Shown here: positions 1 through 7,780 of the stretch, one piece after another
How positions within the stretch are numbered: position 1 is the stretch's first letter
Layout of the letters: the number at the start of each line of letters is the position of its first letter
NCBI GenBank assembly: GCA_963791835.1
Contig: CAWBTV010000007.1
Location: 941,807 to 1,005,806, forward strand
DNA: 64,000 nt
Reading direction: 5' to 3'
Source of the DNA: an uncultured Chloroflexia bacterium
GTDB taxonomy: Bacteria; Chloroflexota; Ktedonobacteria; Ktedonobacterales; Ktedonobacteraceae
The notes under the pieces: generated by a model
Told to the model about the DNA's origin: nothing
Databases searched by the model: none
What the model saw: only the letters and a program-made list of their open reading frames with translations
Translations under genes and position numbers: made by a program

Positions 1-133
1 CAGAGATTAGGCCATAGCGTTGACCTCTTTGCAATGTACGTTGAATGCACAAAATACTCATAGGGCCAACAGCCGCCGCGATAGAGAGGCCAATGAAGAG
101 ACCTCGCAAAAAGAAACTTCCATCCATCAATAC
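1..133 (-). CDS. LysE/RhtB-family amino-acid exporter, N-terminal fragment (gene runs off the window start)
   Basis: Reverse-strand ATG at 131-133 preceded by AAAGGAG. The translation MDGSFFLRGLFIGLSIAAAVGPMSILCIQRTLQRG resembles a LysE/ArgO N-terminus. It is absent from the ORF track because it is truncated by the window edge. Confidence 0.5.
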
Positions 134-162
134 GCTCCTTTTTGAACTGCAATAAAACACAA

Positions 163-205
163 AAAAGTCGCCAGACCTAATGTTTAAGGTCTGGCGACTC
201 GTTGC
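163..205 (-). terminator. Hairpin (11-bp stem) followed on the minus strand by TTTTTTGTGTTTTATT; lies in the leader of the LysE-like gene
   Basis: GTCGCCAGACC...GGTCTGGCGAC inverted repeat followed by a T-tract, read on the minus strand. Confidence 0.5.
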
Positions 206-282
206 GTCTGCTTTTATGTAATCAGAGACATGCAAAGGAAACCATACCTGTGATAGGCTGGCTTTGCTGTTGACTTTCGCCT

Positions 283-311
283 GTTATAAGAAAATGGTAG
301 TGCATATGCAA
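283..311 (-). promoter_or_regulatory. Putative sigma70 promoter for the LysE-like gene (-35 TTGCAT, 17-bp spacer, -10 TATAAC on the minus strand)
   Basis: The reverse complement of 283-311 reads TTGCAT-N17-TATAAC, about 150 nt upstream of the LysE start. Confidence 0.45.
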
Positions 312-394
312 TCTCTTTGCTTTTCTGATAGAACATTATCATACCAGATTTTCAATGAAAAGGGAACGTTATGGAAAATTGCCTCTCAAAAGGC

Positions 395-425
395 TTGAGC
401 ATGACGTAACGTCATCCTTTATACT
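395..425 (+). promoter_or_regulatory. MerR-type promoter: -35 TTGAGC (395-400), 19-bp spacer containing perfect palindrome ATGACGT-A-ACGTCAT (401-415), -10 TATACT (420-425)
   Basis: The 19-bp spacer with a centred inverted repeat is the hallmark of MerR-family-controlled promoters. It is followed by AAAGGAGG and a GTG start at 448. Confidence 0.6.
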
Positions 426-447
426 CTTTACAGAAAGGAGGAACACC

Positions 448-1257
448 GTGGATCGCCGATTTTATCATACCAGCGAGTTCGCACAGAAAGCGTCTGTCTC
501 GGTACGCACGTTGCGCTACTACGACAAAGTGGGGTTGTTGTCGCCCTCGACCTATACAGAGAGTGGTTATCGGCTCTATACAGATACCGACCTGCTACGG
601 TTGCAACAAATCCTGGCCTTGAAATTTCTTGGTTTCTCGCTACAAGAGATTCAGCAATTTTTAGCGGCTGAACCACTGCTCCTACAAGAGTCGTTGGCGC
701 AACAGAAGGCCATGATGCAAGAGCGCAGAAGCCAGCTGGATACGGTTATCCAGGCTATAAGCGAGACAGAAGAGTTGTTACAGGCCAACAAACTTAACTG
801 GGAGTCTATTATACGGGTGATCCAGGTGATTCAAATGACACAAAATAACGAATGGCAAGACAAGTACTTCACGCCAGAACAACGCCAGCAGATGGAAGAC
901 TTGAGCAAGAAACATTATTCCGAAGAGCAACGACAACAGATAGCCGAGTGGGGTAAGAATTGGAGTGAGGAGGACCAACGCATTGTAAGCCAGAAATGGG
1001 ATGTCCTCTTTGCGGAGCTAAAGCGTCTCGTCTCAACTGGGCAGAACCCGGATGGGCCAGAGGCACAGGCACTCGTGTCACAATGGAAGGCTCTTGTAGG
1101 CGAGTTCACACACGGCGACTCAGGTATTCAACAAGGCTTGAACGGCATGTGGCAGGATGTTGGCAACACACCTGCCGAACAAAGGCCCTTCGCTATGCCA
1201 TATACACCGGAGGAGGGAGAATTTCTGCTCAAAGCGATGAAGATGCAGAACATCTAA
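448..1257 (+). CDS. MerR-family transcriptional regulator (N-terminal HTH, long C-terminal effector domain; possibly TipAS-like)
   Basis: HTH motif YHTSEFAQKASVSVRTLRYYDKVGLL. GTG at 448 with RBS AAAGGAGG. The ORF-track ORF 355..1257 is trimmed to the RBS-supported start. Confidence 0.75.
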   Translation: MDRRFYHTSEFAQKASVSVRTLRYYDKVGLLSPSTYTESGYRLYTDTDLLRLQQILALKFLGFSLQEIQQFLAAEPLLLQESLAQQKAMMQERRSQLDTVIQAISETEELLQANKLNWESIIRVIQVIQMTQNNEWQDKYFTPEQRQQMEDLSKKHYSEEQRQQIAEWGKNWSEEDQRIVSQKWDVLFAELKRLVSTGQNPDGPEAQALVSQWKALVGEFTHGDSGIQQGLNGMWQDVGNTPAEQRPFAMPYTPEEGEFLLKAMKMQNI

Positions 1258-1317
1258 AAAAGTGTCTACAGGAAATGCGTTGCATTTCCTGTAGACACTT
1301 TTTTAGATGTTCTGCAT
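1243..1317. repeat. 75-bp perfect palindrome (36-bp arms, 3-nt centre) spanning the stop codons and last 4 codons of two convergent genes; bidirectional terminator-like
   Basis: Left arm 1243-1278 is the exact reverse complement of right arm 1282-1317. The arms include ATGCAGAACATCTAA (MQNI*) of both flanking ORFs, with an A-tract and T-tract inside. Confidence 0.85.
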
Positions 1318-2992
1318 TACCAATTCTGCCACAATTTTGCCTGACAACATCACCAATGGCACACCACCACCGGGATGGGTGCTTCCTCCTACAAAGTAGA
1401 GATTACATATTTCGGATGTGTTGCCAGGGCGTGTGAAGGGTGCCATACGTGAGTTCGAGGAGAGGCCGTAGATTGAACCTGCATTCGCACCATATTTATC
1501 ATAGAAGTCCTGGGGGGTGAGCATAGTCTCACAGACAATATGCTCTCGCAGGTCGCTCAGGTCTACTTGTTTATAACTTGCGAGCAGGTCGAGAATACGC
1601 TCACGATATGCGGGTGCTTCGCGTTGCCAATCGCTTTTTGATGTGAGATAGGGCGCGTTGACCAGCACAAACAGGTTTTCGTGTCCTGGGGGTGCCTGTG
1701 TCGGGTCGCTACGCGTGGTAGCACAGACATAGATCGTTGGATTGTTCAAGGGTACATGGCGTTCAAACAGGTCGTCAAACTCGGCGTGATAGTCGTCGGA
1801 GAAAAAGATGTTGTGATGCGACAATTGCGGATACTGCTTATCGAGACCGAGCAGCAAGACAAAGCCAGAGCAGGACGGCTCTAGCTGTTCCAGGCGTTGC
1901 ACACGTCTTCTGTTGCGTATCGCTGGCGATAGCAGTTCGCGATGCGTTGTCACGACATCGCTATTGGCGATCACGATATCACTCCGTAGCACACGCCCGT
2001 CTGCCAGCACAACACCACGAGCAGTATTTCGCTCCACAAGAATACGCTGTACATTACAGCATGTCTCAATCGTGACATCCAATTCACGCGCAACTCGTTC
2101 TAATGCCTGTGCTACCGCATAGATACCACCACGCGGATACCAACCACCATCGGCAAGCTCAACATAGGGAATGATGCGATAGACTGAGGCAACTTGATAT
2201 GGTGAAGACCCGTTATAGGTTGCGTAACGATCAAACAACTGACGTAAGTGCTCATCCTCAAAAAAGTTGTGTACACTCTCATCTAAGGTCTGTGGTGAAA
2301 GGGCGGCAAGGACAGCTTTTAGACGCGAAAGGAGGGTGGAGGGGGGTATATTATTCGTAGGGACCAGATTTATCGCGTCCGTAGGCGATTTATCGCGCGA
2401 GATGCCTTCATGTTCATGTCGTTCTTTGTGTGATCTATAGGCGATAAATCGCCTACGGACGCGATAAATCTGGTCCCTACGACCATCTGGATGTCCTCGT
2501 AACACATAACGTACAAACGTCCTCAAAACATTCGAGCGGACTACCTAAGCTATGATAGAGAAACGGGTCTGCCGCAGCTTGAAAGATGTTATAAGCCGAA
2601 TCAAAGAAGTGCAAGAAGGTGGTGCCATCATGTAGATTGAGTTGTGCAAACTCCTGGGCTAGTCGCTCGTGGTCACGCCATGCATTGAGTATCAGGCCGT
2701 CATGATAAAAGTAACGGCATGTGATGTCGAGCGGAATCAGATCAAGATAGTCTTTGAGATTGCGTTGAGCCGATTGGAAGAGGTCTTCGAGGACGTAAGG
2801 CATGGTGATAAGTGATGGACCTGTATCGAAGCTAAAGCCGTCTATCTGGATAGAATTAAGTTTTCCGCCAACCTGTGCCTGTCGCTCTAAGATGGTGACA
2901 TGATGACCCTGTGCTGCTAAGCGAATGGCTGCTGAGAGACCACCAATACCCGCTCCTATGACGATAATGCTCTTATGTTTGGATGTAGACAC
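1303..2992 (-). pseudogene. CrtI/CrtD-family FAD-dependent carotenoid desaturase split into two ORFs by a 124-bp MITE (2357-2480)
   Basis: N-terminal fragment (2481-2992) has the Rossmann motif IIVIGAGIGGLSAAIRLA. The C-terminal fragment (1303-2356) has CrtI-like GGWYPRGG and a C-terminal GGSTHPGGG. The fragments are in different frames. Deleting exactly 2357-2480 restores one 521-aa ORF. Confidence 0.7.
2357..2480. mobile_element. MITE-like palindromic element, family A (GTAGGGACCnnTTTATCGCGTCC terminal inverted repeats), nested inner repeat
   Basis: Terminal inverted repeats gtagggaccagatttatcgcgtcc / ggacgcgataaatctggtccctac. The same termini recur at least 9 more times in the window. Confidence 0.75.
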
Positions 2993-3065
2993 GCTTGTTT
3001 ATACCTCGTTTGTTTTCGTTATTATAGTGATGTTATTATAGGTGATAAATGGGTAGGGGGTTTAT

Positions 3066-3818
3066 ATGATACCTGCACACAAATTTCCGCTCGGCGAATA
3101 TCTCGTCGAGGGCTTGATAGATGGCTCGTTCCGCAAATATTTTGACCGCATCCATTATCGGCAATATGGGACATATACGGATGAGCAACGGGCGTTACCG
3201 ATGATTATCTGTGCCAATCATTCGACATGGTGGGATGGCTATGTGGCGTTACTGGTGGCGCGTCAACTTGGTGTTGATCCGTATTTGATGATGGAAGAAG
3301 CACAGTTGCGCCGCTATTTCTTTTTTCGCTGGATTGGCTGCTTTTCGGTAGACCGACAGAATGCACGCTCAGCTATGCAGTCTCTGCAATACGCAGCCCG
3401 TATGCTTAAAGAGAAACAAGGACGTATGGTTTGGCTCTTTCCGCAGGGCGAGATTTCACCAAATGATCGTCGTCCGTTTGAATTTTTTACGGGTGCGGCA
3501 CATCTCGCACGCCTGACCACGACGAGTCTTGTTTATCCGCTTGCGATACGCATCGAATATCTCGCCGAACAACGACCTGATCTTTTTATTAGCCTCGGCG
3601 AACCCTTATGCGTTGATGCAGAGATGGCGCATACTCCTGGTTTCCTCAAACATTGTACGCATCAGCTAGAGGGTATGGTGACAGCCGAACTCGACCAGTT
3701 ACGTAGTGACATTGTAGCAGGGGATTACTCGTCCTTCACGTTGTTGATGCGTGGCACATCTTCGACAAACAGGATATTCGACTCGCTCTTACTGCGGAAA
3801 CAGATTGGCAGGCAGTAG
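3066..3818 (+). CDS. Lysophospholipid/PlsC-family acyltransferase (CruD-like carotenoid-glycoside acyltransferase candidate)
   Basis: HX4D acyltransferase motif NHSTWWD. Strong RBS GGGTAGGGGG upstream. Context with the CrtD-like and GT2 genes. Confidence 0.7.
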   Translation: MIPAHKFPLGEYLVEGLIDGSFRKYFDRIHYRQYGTYTDEQRALPMIICANHSTWWDGYVALLVARQLGVDPYLMMEEAQLRRYFFFRWIGCFSVDRQNARSAMQSLQYAARMLKEKQGRMVWLFPQGEISPNDRRPFEFFTGAAHLARLTTTSLVYPLAIRIEYLAEQRPDLFISLGEPLCVDAEMAHTPGFLKHCTHQLEGMVTAELDQLRSDIVAGDYSSFTLLMRGTSSTNRIFDSLLLRKQIGRQ

Positions 3819-3820
3819 AG

Positions 3821-5143
3821 ATGATGAGATTGTTCATAGAAAATGCCTGTAGGGGTCTAATTCATCACACCCTGTTGGCAATGAACCATGCCGGAGAATA
3901 TGGAAAACGTTTAATCAATATCTCACAAGTTTGTTTATCGCCAATAGGGTGTAATGAATTAGACCCCTACAGATACGTTGCCGCACTCGTACTTTGTATT
4001 CTTATCATCCTATTCGCTATCCTCATCATCAACCTGTTCACGTTTTATCGTCTACGACCTCATATTGAGACACAAAACACAGAACAGCCGCTTGTCTCTG
4101 TCCTGGTGCCAGCACGGGATGAAGCGCAATCTATCGAGCGATGTGTGCGTTCGTTGGTAGCCCAAACATATGAGCGATTAGAGATACTTGTATTGGACGA
4201 TCATAGTAGTGATGCGACGGCAACAATTGTGCAGAGCATCATGGATGAATTGCCTGTACAGCAACAAGGAAGGGTACGACTGTTGCAAGGCGAGGAGTTG
4301 CCGTTGGGATGGGGTGGCAAAAACTTTGCATGTCATCAACTGGCACAACACGCGACAGGGAACTATTTGTTTTTTACGGATGCTGATACTGTTCACGACC
4401 CTAAGATGATTGCATCCGTAGTTGATTGTATGCAAATCCGTAAGGTTGCATTGCTCACAGCACAACCAACCTATGAACTTGATAGTATAGGAGAACGTCT
4501 TGTCGTACCGCTCCTCACCTTTACCATTATGACGCTGCTTCCTGTGGCCCTTATTCCTGTGCGACCGGAGCCAAGTCTTGCTACGGGTAATGGACAACTG
4601 TTGTGTTTTGAACGTTCCGCATACGAACATATTGGTGGACATTCGTCGGTGAAGAATCGCATTTTGGAAGATGTGTTACTGGCACGTGCGGTCAAGGCGG
4701 CAGGCTTGCGTATGATTTTTGTGGATGCACAAGACCTTGTGCGTTGTCGCATGTATCGCTCGTTCGCGGAGGTCTGGTCGGGCTTCTCGAAAAACCTGTT
4801 CGCGTTTTATAACTATGCGTTACCCTTCGCGCTTATCGGACTTGTGCTAAATATCCTACTTTTTATTGTGCCAGCATTGCTCATTTTATCAGCCCTATTT
4901 ATACCATTCTCGTTTCCGACATTGCTTTTGGCGACAGGTGCCTATGCGCTTCCTGTCGTGATGCGCATGTTATTAACGCTGCGCTTTACACAGACGCAAC
5001 GAGGGTTGATGCTTTTGCTGTGTCTGCTGCATCCCGTTTCGATTGCGCTTGAATGCCTGATTTTGCTCAATTCGATACGCTGGCATTATCGTAAAGAGGG
5101 AACGGTGTGGAAGGGTCGGCAATATGTGACTTATCAGAAATGA
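3821..5143 (+). CDS. Family-2 glycosyltransferase with C-terminal multi-TM domain (CruC-like); true start uncertain because a MITE occupies the 5' end
   Basis: GT2 motifs VLVPARDE...LVLDDHSSD...FTDADT. Residues about 9-50 of the ORF are encoded by MITE D1, which contains an in-frame ATG at 3881. Confidence 0.7.
   Translation: MMRLFIENACRGLIHHTLLAMNHAGEYGKRLINISQVCLSPIGCNELDPYRYVAALVLCILIILFAILIINLFTFYRLRPHIETQNTEQPLVSVLVPARDEAQSIERCVRSLVAQTYERLEILVLDDHSSDATATIVQSIMDELPVQQQGRVRLLQGEELPLGWGGKNFACHQLAQHATGNYLFFTDADTVHDPKMIASVVDCMQIRKVALLTAQPTYELDSIGERLVVPLLTFTIMTLLPVALIPVRPEPSLATGNGQLLCFERSAYEHIGGHSSVKNRILEDVLLARAVKAAGLRMIFVDAQDLVRCRMYRSFAEVWSGFSKNLFAFYNYALPFALIGLVLNILLFIVPALLILSALFIPFSFPTLLLATGAYALPVVMRMLLTLRFTQTQRGLMLLLCLLHPVSIALECLILLNSIRWHYRKEGTVWKGRQYVTYQK
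3848..3969. mobile_element. MITE-like element, family D (GTAGGGGTCTAATTC terminal inverted repeats)
   Basis: gtaggggtctaattcat...atgaattagacccctac. Related copies at 15983-16130 and a remnant at 10963-10997. Confidence 0.7.
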
Positions 5144-5155
5144 ACACACGCTGAC

Positions 5156-5578
5156 CTAATTCTTCGTTCCATGAAGATGTTGTATCTCCTCTCGAATCTG
5201 GAAGTTCGCAAGCCGTGATTCTTGAAGCATAAAGTAAGCTCCTGCGAGTATCATACACATTCCGAGAATCGTTAGACTCACTGGAAGCCAGGTAAGCATA
5301 TCAGCAAAGTAGCGGTCTACTGCGATAGAGAGACAATCTAGTACCAAGATACCTACCGCGAGAAAGAAAGCGGTCACTGCTCGCTCTGCCAGCAGTGACC
5401 GCGAGGCATACCGATCAAGCCAACGTTTCGACATATCTTGCGTCCAGCCAAGCTTTCTCGTTTCCTCGTCAGACAATTGCAACATTGCTCTGGCACGATC
5501 AATAGCTCGTGCCAGTCGTTGAAGTGCCGTCGCCACAAGGGATGCAGAACCCAGAATCAAAAGAGCAGGTGTAATCAT
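5156..5578 (-). CDS. Small membrane protein (DUF2721-like), start uncertain
   Basis: ORF 5156..5803 trimmed to the internal Met (MITPALLILGSA) downstream of the preceding same-strand gene. Three predicted TM segments. Confidence 0.45.
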   Translation of the reverse strand: MITPALLILGSASLVATALQRLARAIDRARAMLQLSDEETRKLGWTQDMSKRWLDRYASRSLLAERAVTAFFLAVGILVLDCLSIAVDRYFADMLTWLPVSLTILGMCMILAGAYFMLQESRLANFQIREEIQHLHGTKN

Positions 5579-5624
5579 CGCGGATATGATGATGAGAGCA
5601 GGGGAATTTGTGTTATTCAACACC

Positions 5625-6206
5625 TCATTCTCCGCTAACCATATCAAAGAGAATTCCGATGGCCTTTTGTGCTGTTGGTTGCGAGAAATCGCCAGCCAAC
5701 TCTCCCGAAAGCGTTGCAATGGAGACGGTAGATGCTCCCACTTGCACAATACGACGAAGCGCAGCATCTTCCGTACGCCCACTAATTCCCGCGACTGCGT
5801 CAATCACAATAAACACACGATAGCCTAAATCGGAACCTGAAAGTGCAGGCAGTTGTACGGCAACTTCAGTTGCAGCCCCGGCAATCAAAATGGTTTTCCT
5901 CCCCGTCGCCTCAACAGCCTGTTTGATAGCCTGATTCTCGAATGAGTCGGCAGTGGTGCGATAGTAAATCGGCAGTTCTCCCAACCCCTGCGCGATTTCC
6001 GGCATAATCTGTGCCGGACTTCCGTCTTGCCCCTTGACTGCTGAAACAATCGCAGGCATTCCAAACAAATGTGCGAGCCGTGAAAGCGCAAGAACGCCCT
6101 TCTGTAACCTTGCATAGGGAACAGTGAGTGGCAGGTCGGCGATGCCTGCTTGCAAATCTGCGAACAGAACGAGTGTATCATTAACTTCTATTTTTGACTG
6201 CTTCAT
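5625..6206 (-). CDS. Isochorismatase-family cysteine hydrolase
   Basis: Isochorismatase-like fold signature (VLFADLQAG...ILIAGAATEVAVQ). ATG at 6206 preceded by AGGAGGAG. Confidence 0.7.
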   Translation of the reverse strand: MKQSKIEVNDTLVLFADLQAGIADLPLTVPYARLQKGVLALSRLAHLFGMPAIVSAVKGQDGSPAQIMPEIAQGLGELPIYYRTTADSFENQAIKQAVEATGRKTILIAGAATEVAVQLPALSGSDLGYRVFIVIDAVAGISGRTEDAALRRIVQVGASTVSIATLSGELAGDFSQPTAQKAIGILFDMVSGE

Positions 6207-6372
6207 ATTAATACTCCTCCTAGAATTAGAGATAAATCGTGGTCTACCTGTCATATCACCATCGCTCATCAAGCGATTGGTAAGAGCGATACTGCTGTAG
6301 ACATTCGTCATCGCGCACTTACATGATTATAGAATGAGGAAGACAAAGGCATCTTGGAAAAAGATGCTCTTT

Positions 6373-7248
6373 TTATGAGGAAATTGGTAAATTCTTGCTA
6401 TTCTGGCGCAGAAGCGTTTGAGGCGTTACACCAACTACGCGCTTGAAATAACGAGTAAAGTGGCTCTGATCAAAAAAGCCGACCTGCAGTGCAACTTCTG
6501 CAACGGACAATTTCCCTTGTAGCAACAAGCTCTTCGCGCGTTCAATTCGTGTATGCAGTATGTATTGATGAGGTGCCATACCAGTTGCTTGCTTAAAGGT
6601 GCGCGCAAAGTGGTAAGAACTCAGATTGGCAATAAAAGAGAGTTCCGCGAGGGTTAACTGATGGGCAAGGTTATCGTGAATGTACTCAATGACACGCTGT
6701 ATCACAATTCTTGAAGGATGACCTATTGCATCATCAATATTATGCTTCTGAACAGCATAACGACGTAGTACATGTGCCGATAATGCCGTTGCAAGTGCTT
6801 CGGCGTAAAGAGCAGAAGAGGCGACCATACCTGCATCAAGTTCTGCCTTGAGTGCCAACGCTATATGCTGTAATGAGGGATCTCGAAATTCCTTTTTACT
6901 TTCCATAATCTCGATAGGGTCGTAGCTTCCAAGGCTTTCTCCAGTCTGAGCTACAAGTGAGGGGTCGAGAAAGAGAAGTAAAAATTCTGTCTCATCCTGC
7001 CAACGTATCCAATGACGTGAAGATGCAGGATAGATCATCGCCTCGCCTTGTCCAGCATAACTGCTATACAAAGGACCACCATTTACACGCTTCTCAGTAT
7101 GAGACTCGTTGAGAAAAATACAAAAGGTATACTGTGGCGAGTAAAGTTCGCACTCCGCTGGCGGTTGACGATGATGCTCAATACTGATACCATTCCAGGT
7201 AGCACTTTGGGGCAATACAAGTGGTAACTGTTCATTCAGAGCCTGCAT
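6373..7248 (-). CDS. AraC-family transcriptional regulator
   Basis: C-terminal AraC HTH (SYHFARTFKQATGMAPHQY...FFDQSHFTRYFKRVVGVTP). Start set at the Met with upstream AGGA. Confidence 0.7.
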   Translation of the reverse strand: MQALNEQLPLVLPQSATWNGISIEHHRQPPAECELYSPQYTFCIFLNESHTEKRVNGGPLYSSYAGQGEAMIYPASSRHWIRWQDETEFLLLFLDPSLVAQTGESLGSYDPIEIMESKKEFRDPSLQHIALALKAELDAGMVASSALYAEALATALSAHVLRRYAVQKHNIDDAIGHPSRIVIQRVIEYIHDNLAHQLTLAELSFIANLSSYHFARTFKQATGMAPHQYILHTRIERAKSLLLQGKLSVAEVALQVGFFDQSHFTRYFKRVVGVTPQTLLRQNSKNLPISS

Positions 7249-7369
7249 ATTCCTGTATCCATTCTTTTCGTTGTGCTTCTGCACTGCCTTGCTATTTGCA
7301 GCAACTTCATCCTTGAACATCTCCGCAGGCTCCTTAGTGAATATAGCCACAAGGATGACGCAATCAACC

Positions 7370-7780
7370 TTACTTGGTATTCCGTTCTACGCTCGTACAC
7401 CACAAGGCCCATGAGATAAACACGGCTTGAAAGGGCAAGCGTCCCCACATGTAAATCGGTGAGTTCATGAAGCCACCTAGCTTGATATTTGCGACAGCTT
7501 GATAGACGTTGGCAGGAAAAATTCCGACAAGAAGCGCGACCAGGCCCCATGCCGATGCGCGTTGTACTTTGCGGTTGGGGATGAATAGGCCAACACCACC
7601 GAGAAATTCAAGGACACCTGTAATATAGAGTGCCTCACGCCGAAAAGGTAAGAACGGTGGAATGATTTTCAATTCCGCTTCACGCGCCGTAAAGTGCATG
7701 GTAGAGGCAAGAATAAAGAGAATACCCATTGTGAACCGTGCAAGTGTTTTCCATAGACGGGGTGAAGAGAGGTTACGCAT
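7370..7780 (-). CDS. DoxX-family membrane protein
   Basis: Four TM helices and DoxX-like sequence pattern. Confidence 0.6.
   Translation of the reverse strand: MRNLSSPRLWKTLARFTMGILFILASTMHFTAREAELKIIPPFLPFRREALYITGVLEFLGGVGLFIPNRKVQRASAWGLVALLVGIFPANVYQAVANIKLGGFMNSPIYMWGRLPFQAVFISWALWCTSVERNTK

Noticed and set aside
355-447. Longer N-terminus for the MerR-like gene starting at ATG 355
   Set aside because: ATG 355 lies upstream of the -35/-10 elements and the operator palindrome, and lacks an RBS. GTG 448 is preceded by AAAGGAGG and yields the canonical MerR HTH at the N-terminus.
996-1436. ORF 996..1436 and other ORFs nested antisense or out of frame within well-supported genes (for example 428..676, 1681..2122, 8404..8700, 30629..30994, 31528..31911)
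   Set aside because: They overlap genes with clear homology, have biased (Arg/Cys-rich) composition typical of off-frame translation, and have no RBS.
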